The position numbers and the translations under genes were made by a program. Shown here piece by piece: positions 62,585 through 64,000 of a stretch of DNA of 64,000 nucleotides (position 1 is its first letter; every line of letters starts with the position of its first letter). Origin of the DNA: Lama guanicoe (lineage: Eukaryota); assembly GCA_013239625.1 (NCBI GenBank), contig MU053594.1, positions 2,546,127-2,610,126 on the forward strand, written 5' to 3'. A model generated the notes under the pieces. It had not been told where the DNA came from. It did no database searches and was given only the letters and a program-made list of their open reading frames with translations.

Positions 62585-63345
62585 AAAAATCAGCAAAGGC
62601 CATTAATTCACAATTCACAAAGGAATAAATGTAAATGACCACTAAATATTGAAAAATCATATAAAATCAAAGATGTTAATTTCCAACAACAAATTGCATT
62701 TTTATAAAATAAAATGTGAACAAAAATGACAATATTCTATGCTAATTAAGGTGCAGTGAGACAAGAATTACCACAACCTAAGATGGAAATGTAAATTATT
62801 ACCAATGTTTGCAAAAACACTTTGATAATATCTATTAAGAAATGCATTGGAATTCATATCTTTTGGTCAAATAACTCTGCTTTTAGGACTCTATCCTAAA
62901 GAAATCTGAAAAATGGGCAAAGAAATATGTAAGAGCTTTCCTGAACAGGATTGTTTAAACTAGCTGAAAATTAGGAAAGAATTAAATACTTGATATTAGT
63001 AGACTAGATAAAAATAGAGAACTGATTTAAAATACCTGTAGCTGATAAAGTATTAATCAAACATTAAAACATATTTAATGATGTGAAAATATGCAATATT
63101 CATTTAAAAATTGACATAAAGTGCAAAATGCTCATCTACTCAGTAAAATTTTTACTAAGTACGTTTACTGCTTCTTAAGCTTTGTGTTAAATCCTGAGTA
63201 TGCTGTGATCACAATTATTTCTACAGAAAGAAGTATCCCATTGATTGTTCTGAGTGGTGAAATTATTATATTTTTTAATTAATTGCCTCATACTTCTCTT
63301 CATTTTCCAAAATTTCTCCACATACTTGTAAAGCAATAAATGAAA
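62585..63345 (+). mobile_element. Old L1ME ORF2 end and 3' UTR
   Basis: 'caattcacaaaggaataaatgtaaatgacc', 'atggaaatgtaaatt', 'ttttaggactctatcctaaagaaat'. Confidence 0.7.
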
Positions 63346-64000
63346 AACTTTAAAATCTCATCTTTTGCAGTACTTTCCCTGACGTTCTGACCGAAGATTA
63401 GGCTGTCTCAGGCCCTCGGTGAGGCAGGAGCTTGGGTAGCACAAATCATCTCCTGGTTTATCACGGGTTAATGGGGAGTGGGCATGGTGGGTAATTAAAA
63501 ACAAACAAAGGAGAGATGCTTACATTTTTGGATACAGTAGAAGATGGAAGGGTTGCATAAGGAGAGCTTTTTTCAAGAGGCCAGCGTGGCTTCCTGCTGA
63601 GATTCAGCAAAGCTGCACGTGTGTGCCTGAGCTCCCTCCGAGCCTGGCTGCCTAGCAACCACCACATAAAGTCATCTTTCTCTCCTTTGGAAAAAGCCTT
63701 CCAGGCTATGCATGACTTAAATGAAGATGTTCTAGTTCACTGGAGCTTGGAGAGCAATGACTTGTAGCTGTCTCTGGCATTTGTGCTGGGCACATCAGAA
63801 AATAAAATGAAGACGCTGTACGTGCCCTGCGCCTTCATTTCCACGTGTGGGAGGTGGGGCAGTGAAAGGGCCAGCTCTTCTCCCAAGGCCTTATTTCTTC
63901 CCTCCTGCACCGAAACTCCCTTAGTGCAGAGTAGCAGCTTTGGGCTCCAGGCCTGGCAACACTTGTGTTTTGAAGGCAGCTTGTGGGGAAAGGATAGGAG

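Noticed and set aside
1..64000. CRISPR array, prokaryotic operon or novel multi-gene system
   Set aside because: No regularly spaced repeat-spacer array, no long non-TE ORFs and no gene-dense segment; content is that of mammalian non-coding DNA

Overview
This is a 64 kb repeat-rich window of eutherian mammal genomic DNA, AT-rich with few CpGs, and intergenic or deep intronic. It is most likely camelid (alpaca/llama/camel), inferred from two tRNA-derived SINEs resembling the camelid Vic-1 family; three near-identical young L1 3' ends are consistent with this. I found no recognisable protein-coding gene, rRNA, true tRNA or CRISPR array. The ORFs with recognisable protein similarity are LINE remnants (L1 ORF2, HAL1 ORF1). 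Much of the window is interspersed repeat: L1, HAL1, L2, L3/CR1, MIR, MaLR/ERVL/ERV1 solo LTRs, and hAT and Tigger MITEs. Family names come from my recall of consensus sequences, not from a database search. The main structural points are: (1) a nested set of tandem duplications over 362-8817 around a 261-N gap, with a mosaic middle copy, which may be real or an assembly artefact; (2) a textbook twin-primed, 5'-inverted young L1 at 12600-13402; (3) a 49-bp poly(A)-signal-bearing insert with a 15-bp TSD at 33173-33221, probably a tiny retrocopy; (4) a tailless internal L1 fragment with end microhomologies at 48928-49040; (5) a small direct-inverted-direct template-switch-like scar at 16713-16748. 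I cannot support a previously undescribed biological system from this sequence.
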